A stretch of 64,000 bases of DNA from Antedon mediterranea (lineage: Eukaryota > Animalia > Echinodermata): assembly GCF_964355755.1 (NCBI RefSeq), contig NC_092670.1, positions 3,028,201-3,092,200 on the forward strand, in the 5' to 3' direction. Both the position numbers and the translations under genes were made by a program. Of the stretch, positions 27,483 through 40,306 are shown piece by piece (the first letter of the stretch is position 1; every line of letters starts with the position of its first letter). A model generated the notes under the pieces. It made no database searches and had not been told where the DNA came from. It saw nothing but the letters and a program-made list of their open reading frames with translations.

Positions 27483-30400
27483 CTGACATTGAGGTTGGTT
27501 CATTTGGAGTAACATCAGGCGCCACATCAGTATCAGAAGCAACTACAGTATATAAATAAAAAGCATTTATAATAATGTCTTACCATAGCAGTAGCTATTT
27601 TTCTGATGTACATGAACCCCAAGATATTATTTATATATTTTTTTTTAATGTATTCTTTCTTTTGACTGGATTGCATTTTCAGTAATGCAGTACTGCTTTT
27701 CAAAATGGTCCAGTTACAAGTTTAAAAGTAAAGAAAACATATAAAAATAAAGAAAGATAAAAGCATAGTAGGCCTAATTTATAAGAATATATATACAGAA
27801 CAGTTAAAAACAAATTTTCTTTTGTATAATAGACATACATACAAACAAAAAGGAAAAATCAACATTGTACGCTATACTTTTAGGAAACTTTCAAGGCACT
27901 TTAATGCCAGTCAGATGTTTGTCATAAACAATGTTCCTTCTTTCTATGAATTTTATAGGAATACATGTTATAACTTTATTAGTAAACTGGAAGATAGTAC
28001 AAACAAACAAGTTATAAAATTGTCAATCTGTAAATTTTCGATTGATTTGCTTTTATTTTCTTCTTTGTATTTTATATGGCTTGTATATTGCTGAAATAAA
28101 GTTTATTATTATAAAACCTTTTATCAAAAACATAATTTGTTTCCCTCAAATTCTATACTATAGACCTATATCATGTTATTTCTGCAGTATTTGTGAATGA
28201 GCTTATACTGCTTTGGTTTACCTTTTAGTGTTGTCAATGCCTCCACTTCTTTCATCATCTTTCTATCTGTAAGCAGTCTAATGAATTTGTCCATCTTCTC
28301 TCCTTCTGCAAGTGTGCCTTTCATTTCCAATTTCAAGATTAACAAAAACGGATCCGTTTCGTCACTGACCTCAATACCCTTAAGTTGGCCAATAGTTATC
28401 ATGTTCTCTGTATTTAATTGCTGACCAAACGCTATCAAATTTCTTCGATGCTCTGAAAAATGTTTGAATGGAATGGATTTGGAGTCTGGTAATTTAACTT
28501 TTTTCTCAATCATGTCTTGAACTCCCTGAAGTCCGGATATATTAGTAGCTTCAACAAGGATACCAATGTCTGCCGGTTTGAGAAGTCCAGAACCCTTAAG
28601 TAAACTTATCAGATCATAGGGTGTATTTTTGCTCTCTATTTTTTTCAAAGTAATGGTTTTATCACGATACGTGAACTCGCTAAGTAACACTCTCAGCATG
28701 TGAATGTTTCCATGTTTCTTCCACCACTTTGATACATCAGTGAGCAGTTCATTGTAATCATCCTCTTTCAATTCTAGTAATAGTAATAATATGATTTATT
28801 AATAATAATATCATTATGTGTTAAAGAGTCAAAACTGTACCATATATGTGGATTTATTGATTTTATATGCTAATATTCTTTTTTGTTATGTATATAGTAT
28901 GTCTTTTTTTTTGCTAAGGATTGATATTTGACATTTATTTATTTGTTCTTTCTTTAAACTGAAATATACTTTCAATTCAAATTCACTGATTTACAAAGTG
29001 GTTCATTGAATACAACTTATAATAACAAATATAAAAATTAGAAAGAAAAAGGCGGATAAAAGTAAGAAAAAGTTAGCTATATATAATATATATTTCCCAA
29101 AGTGAAGATTTGAAAGTAGTAAAGGACTTATTATGAAGTTCAGATTTTATGTGATTTGGTAGAGAATTTCGTTTGTTGATCTAATAGTATGAATATTATT
29201 ATTATTACTATAACTTTCTTTAAACACAATAGCTTGTTTTACCATTATTTGATGTTATTCTACAAGGCTGTATTGACATTATAATTGTTATTAGGTAAAA
29301 ATGAATGTTTTTCAAAACTCATTCCCTTTCAATTGTAAACCTTGCCTTTAATGTAATTTACCAAAATATGTAGGTCCCTATTGTCAATTATTAACAGGGG
29401 TGGATCCAGGGCGTTGCACTTAGGGCAAGCTCCCTCCCTTTTACAGCTAAAAATGAAATTATGAACTACTATAATATTATATGTAGCTCTCCTTTAAAAA
29501 AATCATAGATCCACCCCTGTTCATTTTAAATAGTATTTGTTTTATTAATGTTAAGACAAAAAGGAAAAATGTTATAGCCTACAGTACATCTTGATAATTC
29601 AAACTGAAACTAGAAACATTGGATGAGTTGGACAAAATAAACAATCAACTAACCTGGCATTGAGGTTGGTTCATTTGGTGTAGCTGGAGTAACATCAGCA
29701 TCAGTAGCAACTATAGTAATATAAATAATAGCGAATGGAAAGCTGAAACATAGTAACTATTCCTAAAGTCAATCCCCAAGTCAATCGAATCCGACCTCTA
29801 ACCAATATCTTTAACCTCAGTGTAAAAATCACCAAAAGTATTATTTCTGAAATGCTATTTAATCTAAACTAATTTGTTACATAAAAGTTGTGTCCGAAGG
29901 GTGGTGTCCCCAGGGGAAATGGGTTGGACCTCTTTATCATCTTTATCAATGACTTAAGGGTGAATCCACTGTTAAATATATGGACGACACTACAGTATCT
30001 GAACAGTTATCTAGCAAATGCAAAAGTACAATTAAGTCTGTATGTGAAGACATATGTACTGTATTCTATTCTATACAGGTTTGTATATGAGGTGCCGAAT
30101 TGTTCTGTAACTGGTCTTCCATAAATAAAATGAACGTTAATGAAAAGAAAACGCTTATCAGTTGCAAACGTACACAATCTCAACCCCCTTCAGCTAACTG
30201 GTGTGGATATTAAACCTGTTAAACAAGCAAAACTGCTTATTCAAGATGACCTACAGTATGATGGAATAGTCTTGATTTTTGCTTCTAAATGTTTTTAGGC
30301 CTATAAAACTTGCTGGAGACACATATATTTTGTTTATATTTCAAGGTATAATAAGTCCAACCCCCCGGAACTCTATTTTTCAAAATGTTCTTAGCTCCAC

Positions 30401-33400
30401 CCCAACCATGGCCAGAATCCAAAATAATTTAACCATTAGCACAGGCCAATCGCGTGAAAGCTCAGCTTTGATAGGCTTACAATGACATCATACCACAAAA
30501 TGTGTTCAAAATGAAGATAAATGGGCTTTATGGTGCTTTTTCTCTTAAAGAATCGAATAATAAAGGCCTGATATCAAGGGAAAAAAAATGCACATGGCAT
30601 TTGGAACTGTAGGCCTATTATCCTGGCATAGGAAGACCACGGCCATTTAAAGGTTTTTTTTAGTAAACAAAACCCACCTGCTGCTGTATGTACACGGCAG
30701 ATGATGATTGGTTGGATGTAGACCTAATGTAAATATTTGATCCGATGGAATGATGGAAGCACGTTTGGAGTTAATTATTCTTTATTTTTATTAATAATTA
30801 GTTTTTATTTAAAAGGGTGGTGGGGGGAAGCGGGTACTGTTACAGTAGATACAGTATATTATAAACACATATACAAATAGAAAGAAGAGTGCGTTTTATT
30901 ATTAAATTTATTATTACTGCTAGTTAAATATTATATTGCTATACAAGAATGAGTGGTTTTTGGTTTTAGGTATATAGTAACAATAACATAATACTAAATA
31001 TAAGAATCATATTATTGATCTGATTACCGGTATATGTTTGCATTTTAGAAGTATTAAAAATATTATTTAAGCATATTATACTGTACCTGATATTAAAGGA
31101 CATGCATAGTCTGTTCTATCCATTTGCGGCGGTTGTGGTGGTAGATTTGAAGATGTAGATGGCACATCTAAAATTACAAAATATATTAATTATCTAATTT
31201 ATTTATTTGTTGACCATTCACCTTTGAAACTGTCGCACTCACACAATGTAGTCTGGTCCAATATACAAAACAGAAAATGATGAAAACAAGAAAATAAAAA
31301 CGTAATAACGAAACTGAAATATATACAATTAGCAATGGGAGTTTTTTAAATTTGACCTTTTCTCATATATAGAGTTGTGTCGGATATATATATTGCTATA
31401 CTTAGAAGAGTGCCTAATTTCTGGTTTTAGATATAACTATGGCAATATTAATAAAATAAATTTTAAAAGAAATAGTTTTAATAATCTTAAACCGATCTTC
31501 ATCTGATTATTCATCAGATTTTAGAAGCATTAAAAAATATTACCTACCATACTCTCTTCTCCTATCCGTTTGCAGCGTTGGTGGTGGATTTGTAGATACA
31601 AATGGCGGCTCTAAAATGTACAAAAATGTTATATTTTGTTTATAAATCAAAAGGCAAATTAGTGTGAAAATGACAATGCTGTATCAGTGGCTGGATCTCA
31701 ATGGAGATATAAAATGACAATGCTGTATCAGTGGCTGGACCTCAATGGAGATATAAAATGACAATGCTGTATCAGTGGCTGAATCTCAATGGAGATATAA
31801 ATAAATTAAGCATAAAGCTAAATCAAAAAGTAAATTAGTGTGAAAATGACAATGCTGTATCAGTGGCTGGATCTCAATGGAGATATAAAATGACAATGCT
31901 GTATCAGTGGCTGGATCTCAATGGAGATATAAATAAATTAAGCATAAAGCTAAATCAAAAGGCAAATTAGTGTGAAAATGACAATGCTGTATCAGTGGCT
32001 GGATCTCAATGGAGATATAAAATGACAATGCTGTATCAGTGGCTGGACCTCAATGGAGATATAAAATGACAATGCTGTATCAGTGGCTGGATCTCAATGG
32101 AGATATAAATAAATTAAGCATAAAGCTAAATCAAAAGGCAAATTAGTGTGAAAATGTAATGTTCTGTTAAATTATATTATACTGTATTTCATTATGAAGT
32201 TATTTTGTAGCAAGTTTTTTGTTTTTTACTGATGTTCTTCATTTTGTACAGCCTTGTTTTAGAATACAGTCAGTAAAAAAAAATGTGTAGGCTCTAGAAA
32301 GATAATTAAATGGCAGAATAATCAAGGAGTTTTTGGCACTATTAAAAGCTACATGCCTAATGAAATGTACATACCTGATCCTGGATTTCTTGATTTTTCA
32401 AGTTCCCCTGCAAATATTTCAACATTTTAGCTTTGATTTTCATTTATTAAATTTAAAGATTGTCATATAACATTTTTATTATACATCATACAAATATCCC
32501 ATAAATACATGTAATTGATACATTTTCTTTTTACAATAATAAAATAAAATGCAGAAAGCAAAGCATTAATGTTTAAAAGGGTTTTAATTTTATATGACTA
32601 TATTCGTTGTGGTTCCTCATTTTATTTGGATCCAGAATGAATTAGTTTGAAACAATGTCCATGTGAAAAAAACTGCGAAGACAAAATCAAATTTTACTGT
32701 ATTAAACTTATTGTTTGTAGAGCACTGTCATTTATAGTGATACTTACAGACAAATGGTAACTCAGTTTTTTGTTGTCGTTGTTGTGTTAGTACTTTTGCC
32801 CTAAATTTATGTTTCAGTGGATCACTTCTTGTTACATCAAATACACGCCATGTTGTAGTTTTCCATACTTCACTAGCACTTATAGTCTGTAAAAACAATA
32901 TTGCATCTTTAAAAGCCAGATCTTTTGTCCTATTACTATCCTTTTCAAAACTTTTATTAGTTGGTTACATTAAGATGATAATTGTGTTTCTTTTTCTGTG
33001 GAGTAGCTTTGCGTCGGAGTTGAGTAATTGGTGAGATGATTTATACTAAAGCACATTGAGAACACGCTGAAAAATTCACAAGTAATTCTTAGGTGGGACT
33101 CGACCCGCTAGACCACAAGCTGATGGATAGGGGTTAGATTGGAGCCAAGTAAACATCAGGTACTGCACCAATAGGATGATAAAAATTTGTTTGCAATGTA
33201 CTTCGTATAGTACACATTTAATAAATTAAATGATCATACCTGATTAAGGGGTTTCACTTTCCATCCTTCTTTGTTTTCTACTTCTATTTCCATATCCATA
33301 TCATTGTGCAACAAATCTATATTTTTGGGCATTTCTATATCTAACTGTCCATATTTTTTATTCTCTTTGTCTATCTCCTGAAATATTAAAGTAGAGTTGT

Positions 33401-34689
33401 TGTGTCAGAAAACACATAATCTAGGCCTGTCTCTATGACAAGTGAGCCATTTATAATTCCGTGTAAATTAACAAAATTGTAATACTAAGAAAAATATTAT
33501 ATATATTCTTTTTAAAAATGAATTTTTTAGATTATTTATTTTAGATTTTAAAAGGGCCCACCCCAATGGAAATATGCTAGTAGTTTTTTTGGGCTATCCT
33601 GGAAATTCAGTAGGTAATGTTATCACTTGTTATATATTTTTATAAATATAATTCAAATCAAATAAAAAAGGTAATGTACTGCATATTTACTGTCAAATAT
33701 AACTGGGTAACTTGTGAACTTTTCAGGACATTTTTAACAAAGTACTCAGGGCTGTAGCCAGCATGAGGCAAAGCACAGTTCATCATATTGTATATAAATA
33801 ATTATATTTAAAGCATTGCCTACATCAAAACACATCTTAAATCCGTTTTATGCACAGGATGGAAACATTTGTGACATAACATGTGGATACACAGTTTGCC
33901 CAAACTACCTGATGTACTGGTATCTCTTTTTTTTACAAGGTCAATAACATTAAGTATAATTACCTCTTGTCTGTCGGTGTCCCAGGTTCTTACTCGAAGT
34001 TGATATTCATCATGATATTCATCAGTCAGTACCTTTCCAAACACACCTAATCTAGCTGTTTTTCTACCCAAAATCTTGTTAATTAATCGACCTATAAGAC
34101 CCACTCTAGTGAAATGCTTTAAACGTACACAACATTGGCCATTGTGTAAAGAAAATGTTATGTCATCTTCTTTACTGTCCAGTTTTATTTTCCGCCATTC
34201 TCCTTGATGGTTTTTTGTGACAAGCAAAGTAAATTCCCAAGACTCTTCATTTATAGCATTATGTGGAAATGACAGCAAACAGTGGTTTCTAAAGACCGTG
34301 CCTGGTGGTCCACATCTAACAGCAGATGAAACTATTGTTTCAAGAGGATCAGATAACAAATCACTAGGGAAGGAAGTGTTTTCTAGCGATACTTCAATAT
34401 TCATTCCTTCTTCAATTGCTCCGGGATATATCACCAACTTTGTCTCTTTATTTGTCAGAGTTTCACCATCAGAGCCAACATTAAACTTTGTAATTTGACC
34501 TGTGGGATGAAAATGTTTTAGCATTATATTATGTTGTTTATTTAATAACAAAATTGTAGTACTGCTTTTTAGGCCTATTTTTATATCTGAAGATTTAATA
34601 TTCTTGTGTAAATAGCTTACCTGGTTTATGGATTTCTTGAAGCTCTTCAATACTGATCAATGATTTCTCAGTTGATTTATAAGAAGAGC
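27483..34689 (-). CDS. Multi-exon ZU5-UPA-linker-tandem-DED protein gene (UNC5CL/PIDD-like scaffold); exons 34689-34621, 34499-33964, 33377-33240, 32886-32748, 32407-32375, 31610-31548, 31167-31087, 29710-29654, 28773-28222, 27542-27483
   Basis: All ten exons have AG/GT boundaries and join in frame. ZU5 motifs (VGSDGETL..KETKLVIYPGA, SSAVRCGPPGTVF, LSFPHNA, LKHFT), two UPA-like exons, Pro/Ser/Thr micro-exons and a 552-nt exon with two DED-like repeats. Start and stop exons not identified. Confidence 0.8.
27865..28110 (+). mobile_element. LINE 3'-end relic (ORF2 C-terminus plus AATAAA/TTA tail)
   Basis: FRKLSRHFNASQMFVINNVPSFYEFYRNTCYNFISKLEDSTN resembles a LINE ORF2 C-terminal pattern (SASxMF...RL..S.N). 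Confidence 0.45.
28222..28773 (-). CDS. Tandem DED-like exon (phase 1-1)
   Basis: YNELLTDVSKWW..MLRVLL...DLISLLKGSGLLKPADIGILVE and FSEHRRNLIAFGQQLNTENM...LLILKLEMKGTL follow DED helix patterns; paralogous to 8698-9192. Confidence 0.75.
29895..30270 (+). pseudogene. Degenerate LINE reverse transcriptase fragment
   Basis: GGVP.G..LG.LFIIFINDL, KYMDDTT and MNVNEKKT motifs, spread over different frames. Confidence 0.6.
31643..32156. repeat. Higher-order intronic repeat of two different 44-bp monomers (A3-B-A2-B-A3-B)
   Basis: A = AAAATGACAATGCTGTATCAGTGGCTGGATCTCAATGGAGATAT; B = AAATAAATTAAGCATAAAGCTAAATCAAAAGGCAAATTAGTGTG. Confidence 0.9.
33545..33665 (+). mobile_element. 3'-UTR relic of the same LINE family as 24069-25232
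   Basis: CCCAATGGAAATA.GCT...TTTTTGGGCTATCCTGGAAA...GTTATCACTT...TTCAAATCAAAT matches 25088-25232. Confidence 0.7.
33964..34499 (-). CDS. ZU5 domain exon
   Basis: Within ORF 33820..34650; CCACAG|GT CAA acceptor, GAG|GTAATT donor; ZU5 signature as above. Confidence 0.85.
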
Positions 34690-34998
34690 CTTTTCAATAA
34701 TGAAATAAAAATTAATAACAAAGTAGCAACTTACTTTAGTATACAACTATCTTTTGGAAAGCTGTCAATTATTGAGTATTGATAACAAAGTCAGTGTGTA
34801 GTTTTTGTAATGGTGGTATTAAAATAATTATTCAAATGCATATTTGATCTTGCAGTGTAATTACGGGTTGTATGGGAAAAATGCTCAGATATTTTTAAGT
34901 TAAGCTTCATTTTTAAGATTATCCCTTTTTAAGGTGTGCAAGGCTCCTTTTTGTGTAAAAAGCTTTTACCAGCCCTGTTGGTAACGTTTGCTGCTTAA

Positions 34999-35551
34999 AG
35001 CCTGTTTTCCTGTCGATCATTAAATTGAGTTGCATTAAGTTGTGTTAAGTTACGTTGAGTTTAAAATAGTTAACGATTAGCAGAAAAAGGGGGTAAAAAT
35101 CAAAGTTAAAATCGTTAAAATCTGCAATCGTTAAACTCGGTTACTGACCAATCAAATAGTCCACAAATTACGTCATTGCAGTTTGTGAACAAATAGGTAG
35201 GCACTGACAATTCTTGAATTTTTACAACGTGACAATGTTTTTCACCTTTTTTGTACACTTTTAAAGGTCTGATATTTCAAAATAACAAGTGTAAGTCAAA
35301 TTAAATTATAATATTAAGCCAATTAAATTTAATGTTTGTCTTTAGTGTAAGCCTAGATTAAGATATCAACGAAAGCATGTCCTAGGCTGGGTTGAAGAAT
35401 CAAAACCTGTAACTTTTTCAATTTTCATGTGGGCCTGGCTAAAGTTAAAAATGTGTAAATATTAGCGGTCCGGTTCGATCTTCGTTATTTTATTTTCAAC
35501 ATTAACGATTTTAAACTCAACGCAACTTAACGATCGACAGGAAAACAGGCT
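34999..35551. mobile_element. 553-bp MITE flanked by TTAA
   Basis: TTAA|AGCCTGTTTTCCTGTCGATC ... GATCGACAGGAAAACAGGCT|TTAA. AG..CT termini with TTAA suggest a Kolobok type, but a TA target with a longer TIR cannot be excluded. Confidence 0.75.
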
Positions 35552-37886
35552 TTAAAGGGGGATTATGGGTTTAAAATTGCTTTTAAATATCGTTTATTTA
35601 TTAAATAAAAAATATTATAACAATATAGACATGTCAGAATGAAGAAATAATAACGAGAAATTAAAAAAATAAAATTTCATATACATTTTAGGGTAAATTC
35701 ATGGAAAGTCTGTTTTTCAGCAGCTTAGGGAAGCTCATTAATATTCATGAGATATTCACAAAACACGTCATCAGTGGATTCCAAACTCGCGACGTCATGT
35801 ACGTTGTGTTTGTTACATCTCTCTCCCCTGTCAAACGACTATGGGGCGCCATAAGCAGCAAAAGTGTGTAGCTGAAAAATGTATGTGTACATTTAAAATG
35901 TGTGTGTGTGTAATTGCAAAATGTATTTGTAAACCTAAAAATGTGTGTGTATTTGTAAAATGCATGTTTGTAATTGTAAAACGTAGTTGTACATTTGTAA
36001 AATGTAGTTGTACACTTTTAAAATGTAGTTGTACACTTTTAAAATGTAGTTGTACACTTTTAAAATGTAGTTGTAACAAGGAATGTATACTTGTAACGCT
36101 TGGTTAGAGATCTCTAATCAAGCGTGAAGACCATACCATTTCTCGAGAGGGGTATACCATGGAAAATGGCTATCTGACCGGCGGCCGGCCGCCGATGGTA
36201 TATTTATTTCCTTTTTATCGTTATAGCATTGGCGTTTTGGGAGTTTTGATTATATTGAAAAGCGACGGCGAAACACTGTTGTCGGTCGTCTACTAAATTA
36301 TATAATAACTAGGCCTAGGCGTGGCCGGACTATACTAAATCACTAAGGGTGGTAGGTATGTATAACAATACAATATTTAGGCTAGACCTCGCGCCTATAA
36401 ATAAAGACCCAATTCCGTTATTAAAAGAAAAGAATGAAACAGCTAGCCTACTAGTAACGGGAGTAACTACTACTACTAGCCTAGGCTCTAGCTAGGCTAT
36501 ACTAGGCCTAGAGGCCTAGCCTGTGTAGTATAGTAGAAGTAGGGCCCGGGCCTAGACCTAAACCTAGGCTAGGCTAGCTAGGCCTAGCCTACTAGCCAGT
36601 AGGCCTAAAGCCCTGGGCCTATTATTAGTAGGGCTAGGCTTATATAGGCTAGCTCTCAATCAAGGAGCCTACTAAACTAACCAAAGACCTCTAGGCTTAT
36701 GCCCACTAACTACTAAGCTAGCTAGGCTAGGCCTACCTCTTGCCTACCTAGCAGGCCTATAGGCTAGGTCTTTACTAGCTAGGCATTGTTAGCTATAGTA
36801 GGCAGGCCTAGACTACTAGGCCCTAGTCCTTCTACTACTAGCCTTCTAGGCCTATAGGCCCTAGTAGGCTAGTACTAGCCTATAATAAATAATAGCCTCC
36901 CTGGAGACCATAGACTCGCGGGCCTAGTAGTAGTACTAGTAGGCCTACTAAAGGCCCTAGCCTAGGCTAGCTAGCTAATAATAATTCTTATTTCAAATCA
37001 AATTTTAAGAATTAATTTGTACATATTTTTATTTCAGAACAGGCATTTACCATGGATTTGCTGCAAATTATCAGAGAATTACCAGGAACTTTATGCCAGG
37101 CGCAAAGAGGTCTTATATCTGACAATATTAATGTGCTTGAAAACTGGCATCTTAGGATTGAGAAGTTAAACATTTTATTTAATATTGTTTTAAGAAGGTT
37201 ACAAGAGAGTGATGTTCCTCTAGATACCATTGAACAATTTGTTATACTTTCTACTGAATTAAATTCTATTTTTGCCTCATATGATGAAAGAATAAACGGA
37301 AATCATGATCATCATAGGTGGTTTGCATCGCATCAAACTGAACAAACATCTAATGGGCGACCAAGGATTATAGTTAATAAAGAGAATATTGAAGAACTAT
37401 TTGAAATAGTTCATAGTTGGAAAATTGTTGCACATCAATTAGCGATTTCTGTTGATACACTTCGAAGAAGAAGAAGATTATATGGTTTGCCCGTTTCCCA
37501 GCCTAACTCTACTAGAAACTACTATTCAAATATTTCAAGAGATCAGCTTTTAAATGAAGAATATTGATTTTATTGCCTGATGCTGGAGAAAAATTAATTA
37601 TTGGTGGATTAAGAAGAAGGCGTATACAGTACATGTTCAGAGAAGTCTAATTCGGGATGCTATAATGGAGGTTGACCCAATCAATAGATCATTAAAGATC
37701 ATGGAACATGGTATTTGATGTTTATGTAAAATAGTAGTATTATAGTTGTTCTCCTTGATGGATATTAAACAGACAATAAATTAAAAGTTTTCAGGACATA
37801 ATTAAAGTGTTTTCTGCTATTTCGCGCAACTGCTCTCAGTTCACGACTATTCGGGTTTTTTCGGCATTTTCCGGTAACCTCTGATA

Positions 37887-37904
37887 GTGACGTCATAAGA
37901 TGAA
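37887..37904 (+). promoter_or_regulatory. CRE-containing motif GTGACGTCATAAGATGAA upstream of the P2X7-like ATG, with an identical inverted copy at 40625-40642
   Basis: 18-bp identity at both ends of the element, each a few tens of bp before an ATG TCA ACA CG start; TGACGTCA is the canonical CRE. Confidence 0.5.
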
Positions 37905-37945
37905 GAAACTTTTTCGCCCGCCTGAGCTGTACTGTACAAACTAGG

Positions 37946-39242
37946 ATGTCAACACGTATTGCGTATGATTTTGACAGTTCTTCGTCAGAGGAATTAGAAG
38001 AGGAAACATTGATAGTGGAATGCGAAACTGAGGAGAATGAAGGAGAAACTATTTTGTTTAACAATCGAAATATTGAATGGAATGTCGATGAAATTAATTC
38101 GGCCGTACATGTACGAGCCCGGTTGTAGTTCTGACGATTCTTCATTCATCATCAGAAGATGGCGACGGTGACCGTCACCTTAGTAGGCCTAGGCCTAGGC
38201 CTACCTACAATTCAAGCAGAGAATATTCAACTTCAAACCCAGTTATTAAATTGGTTAGTAGTACTATCTCTTTTATTAAAAATTAATGTATAACTTTATT
38301 GTATAATTAACAATTCCCTAGTAGATAACTACGATATTCTTCCGTCATGCCAGTGTGTGTATTGTGGCTTAGTTAGGCCTAGATAGAGGCTAGGCCCTAC
38401 TACTGTACTTTACTCCAATTCATGCGGCTAGCCCTCTCACCGGCGACGGTCGGCTATCGTCTATAAGCCTACGGCCTAGATTGAATTTTTTTAACGAAAT
38501 AAAGATTAGGCTAAATTGAATCGTAGAAAGCAAAAATGTACATTACGGTATTAGACTGACCATTTTATTTAACAAATTTGCACTTTGTTGTTTGAAATAG
38601 GCCTAGGGTAGGCCTAGATAGATAGGCCCACCCCTAAGGCTAGCCAAGATGCAGATTTATTTTCCTATTTCACACACAATACATTAAATTAATCATTAAT
38701 AATCACTAAAACTTTAAAAATATTTAATATAGCGCCCTATAAATTGTGACATCTCAGAATATTGTAGCGCTCTAGAGCGCTACAATATTATTTATTATTA
38801 CAAAATATTTTTGTTTTTATAAAACAGGTGTGATTGTGGCCATTGCCAGATGCTACCCACGTATCGCGAATGTCGATGTTGCCAGGAAGTAGGCCCTATT
38901 ATTTATTAATCATAGGCTGGAGGAAGGTCAGACAATTTACAATACGGAGAAGCCTACATATGCATCACTGAACATCCTGGATTCACTGCTGCCTGTTTGA
39001 ATTTGCATGTGTTGGAAATTGCATGGCTGCATTACCACCAACAGTACGACACACCTGTTGAAGCCTCAAAACATGAACGTCTGAGACATATTGCGTACCG
39101 GCAACTCGCCAGATGGTGTTGGGGGTTTTTGGGCCGAAACCTAAGGGTAGTCTTACCATCATGTGCCGTTTCCTGCATAAGAGCCCACTTCCCACCACCA
39201 GGTATGGAAGATGATTTCCAGTTTGCTGGATTTTTGGATTGA
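37946..39242 (+). pseudogene. P2X7 intracellular ballast-like (Cys-rich, Nanor-like) protein gene; exons about 37946-38253 and 38828-39242, frameshifted
   Basis: Acidic N-terminus, RPYMYEP, W|CDCGHCQMLPTYRECRCCQE, CITEHPGFTAACLN, LRHIAYRQLARWCWGFLGRNLRVVLPSCAVSCIRAHFP: the P2X7 C-terminal domain signature. Confidence 0.8.
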
Positions 39243-39630
39243 GTAAACATTTAGCACCAACTTGTATTGAGATTACAATTAACCACATACAATTATTTAC
39301 TGTACTTCATAAAGGAAAGTATTGTACACTGTATCTGATAGAAATAAAATGATCACATAGAAATAAAATATACATTTCTCTGACACAATTTATTAAAAAA
39401 TTATGCACACAAGTGATTATTTTGTTTATAAAACTGTTGGCTCTGGATTGTGGCGCTGTATCCACATAAACAAATGGCTTTTAATCTTTCACTAAAAAAA
39501 CGAAATAATGATTTATAATAAAAAGCATGATGGAATGTATCTCATTTCTTGGAGTATGTATTATACTTCTTATTTGAAGTTGATCAGTGGACCTTTTGGC
39601 TGCTGATTTATTTACTGCATAATTTTTGCC

Positions 39631-39797
39631 TTAGTTGTTCACATTTGGAAATCTTGTGAAGTGGTTGGCAATAGCGGTCTCTTTGTCGGGGCGTTCAAAT
39701 CCTGAACAGAGTTGGGGTGGCGCATCAACAACATCAACATCTTCTGCTGTCCCTTCAACAATGCTCATTACCTCCAAGATGAGGTCATCCACATACC
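39631..39797 (-). pseudogene. Terminal exon of a Kolobok-like transposase
   Basis: CAG|GG TAT: YVDDLILEVMSIVEG...APPQLCSGFERPDKETAIANHFTRFPNVNN*, resembling C-termini of this transposase family (recognised by eye); catalytic exons absent. Confidence 0.55.
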
Positions 39798-40306
39798 CTG
39801 CGAAATAATAATACGGTACTGTAAGAACAAAATCATTTGTAAAAGTACAATAAGATTTACCTATAATTTATAATTTGACTTTTCTAAAGCAAATTTCAAA
39901 TGGTTCAATTTTTGTTCAAATCAATAGAGAATATAGTGCAATCTGTCATGCAACTTACAAATTATTGCAGTCAGCTTGTGCACAAGCTTTATTTTTATGA
40001 GGGCAGAACAACTCCCCACCTGAACTATTATGCTGGGGCTTTCAACACAGTACTACTAGCCTAGGCCCTTTGTGTTGCTGATTTTAAAACCGAATTAATC
40101 ACCTAGGCCTACTACTCTACTATACTAGAAAGAAGTACTACCTAGGCCTACCTTTTATTTAGTTAATCGACGACACAACAACTTTAGTTTTACTAATTTT
40201 TTTATTGTGTTTAAAAACACGATAATAATGCATTCGTATAACTGACTGTAACTAACCATTCCAAAGTTTGGGTCCGTAATTGAAAATGTAAACCTAGGCT
40301 TAGGAC

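Noticed and set aside
29395-29519. CAGGGGTGGATC inverted-repeat MITE
   Set aside because: Short TIR only, no matching TSD found; too weak to classify.
35831-36107. Cys-rich ORFs MGRHKQQKC.../MLQLHFKSV... (mirrored at 48979-49351)
   Set aside because: Translations of the 21-bp repeats inside the IS3EU TIRs.
38828-39242. A host P2X7 receptor gene
   Set aside because: No P2X channel or ectodomain exons; the domain lies inside transposon TIRs and is frameshifted.
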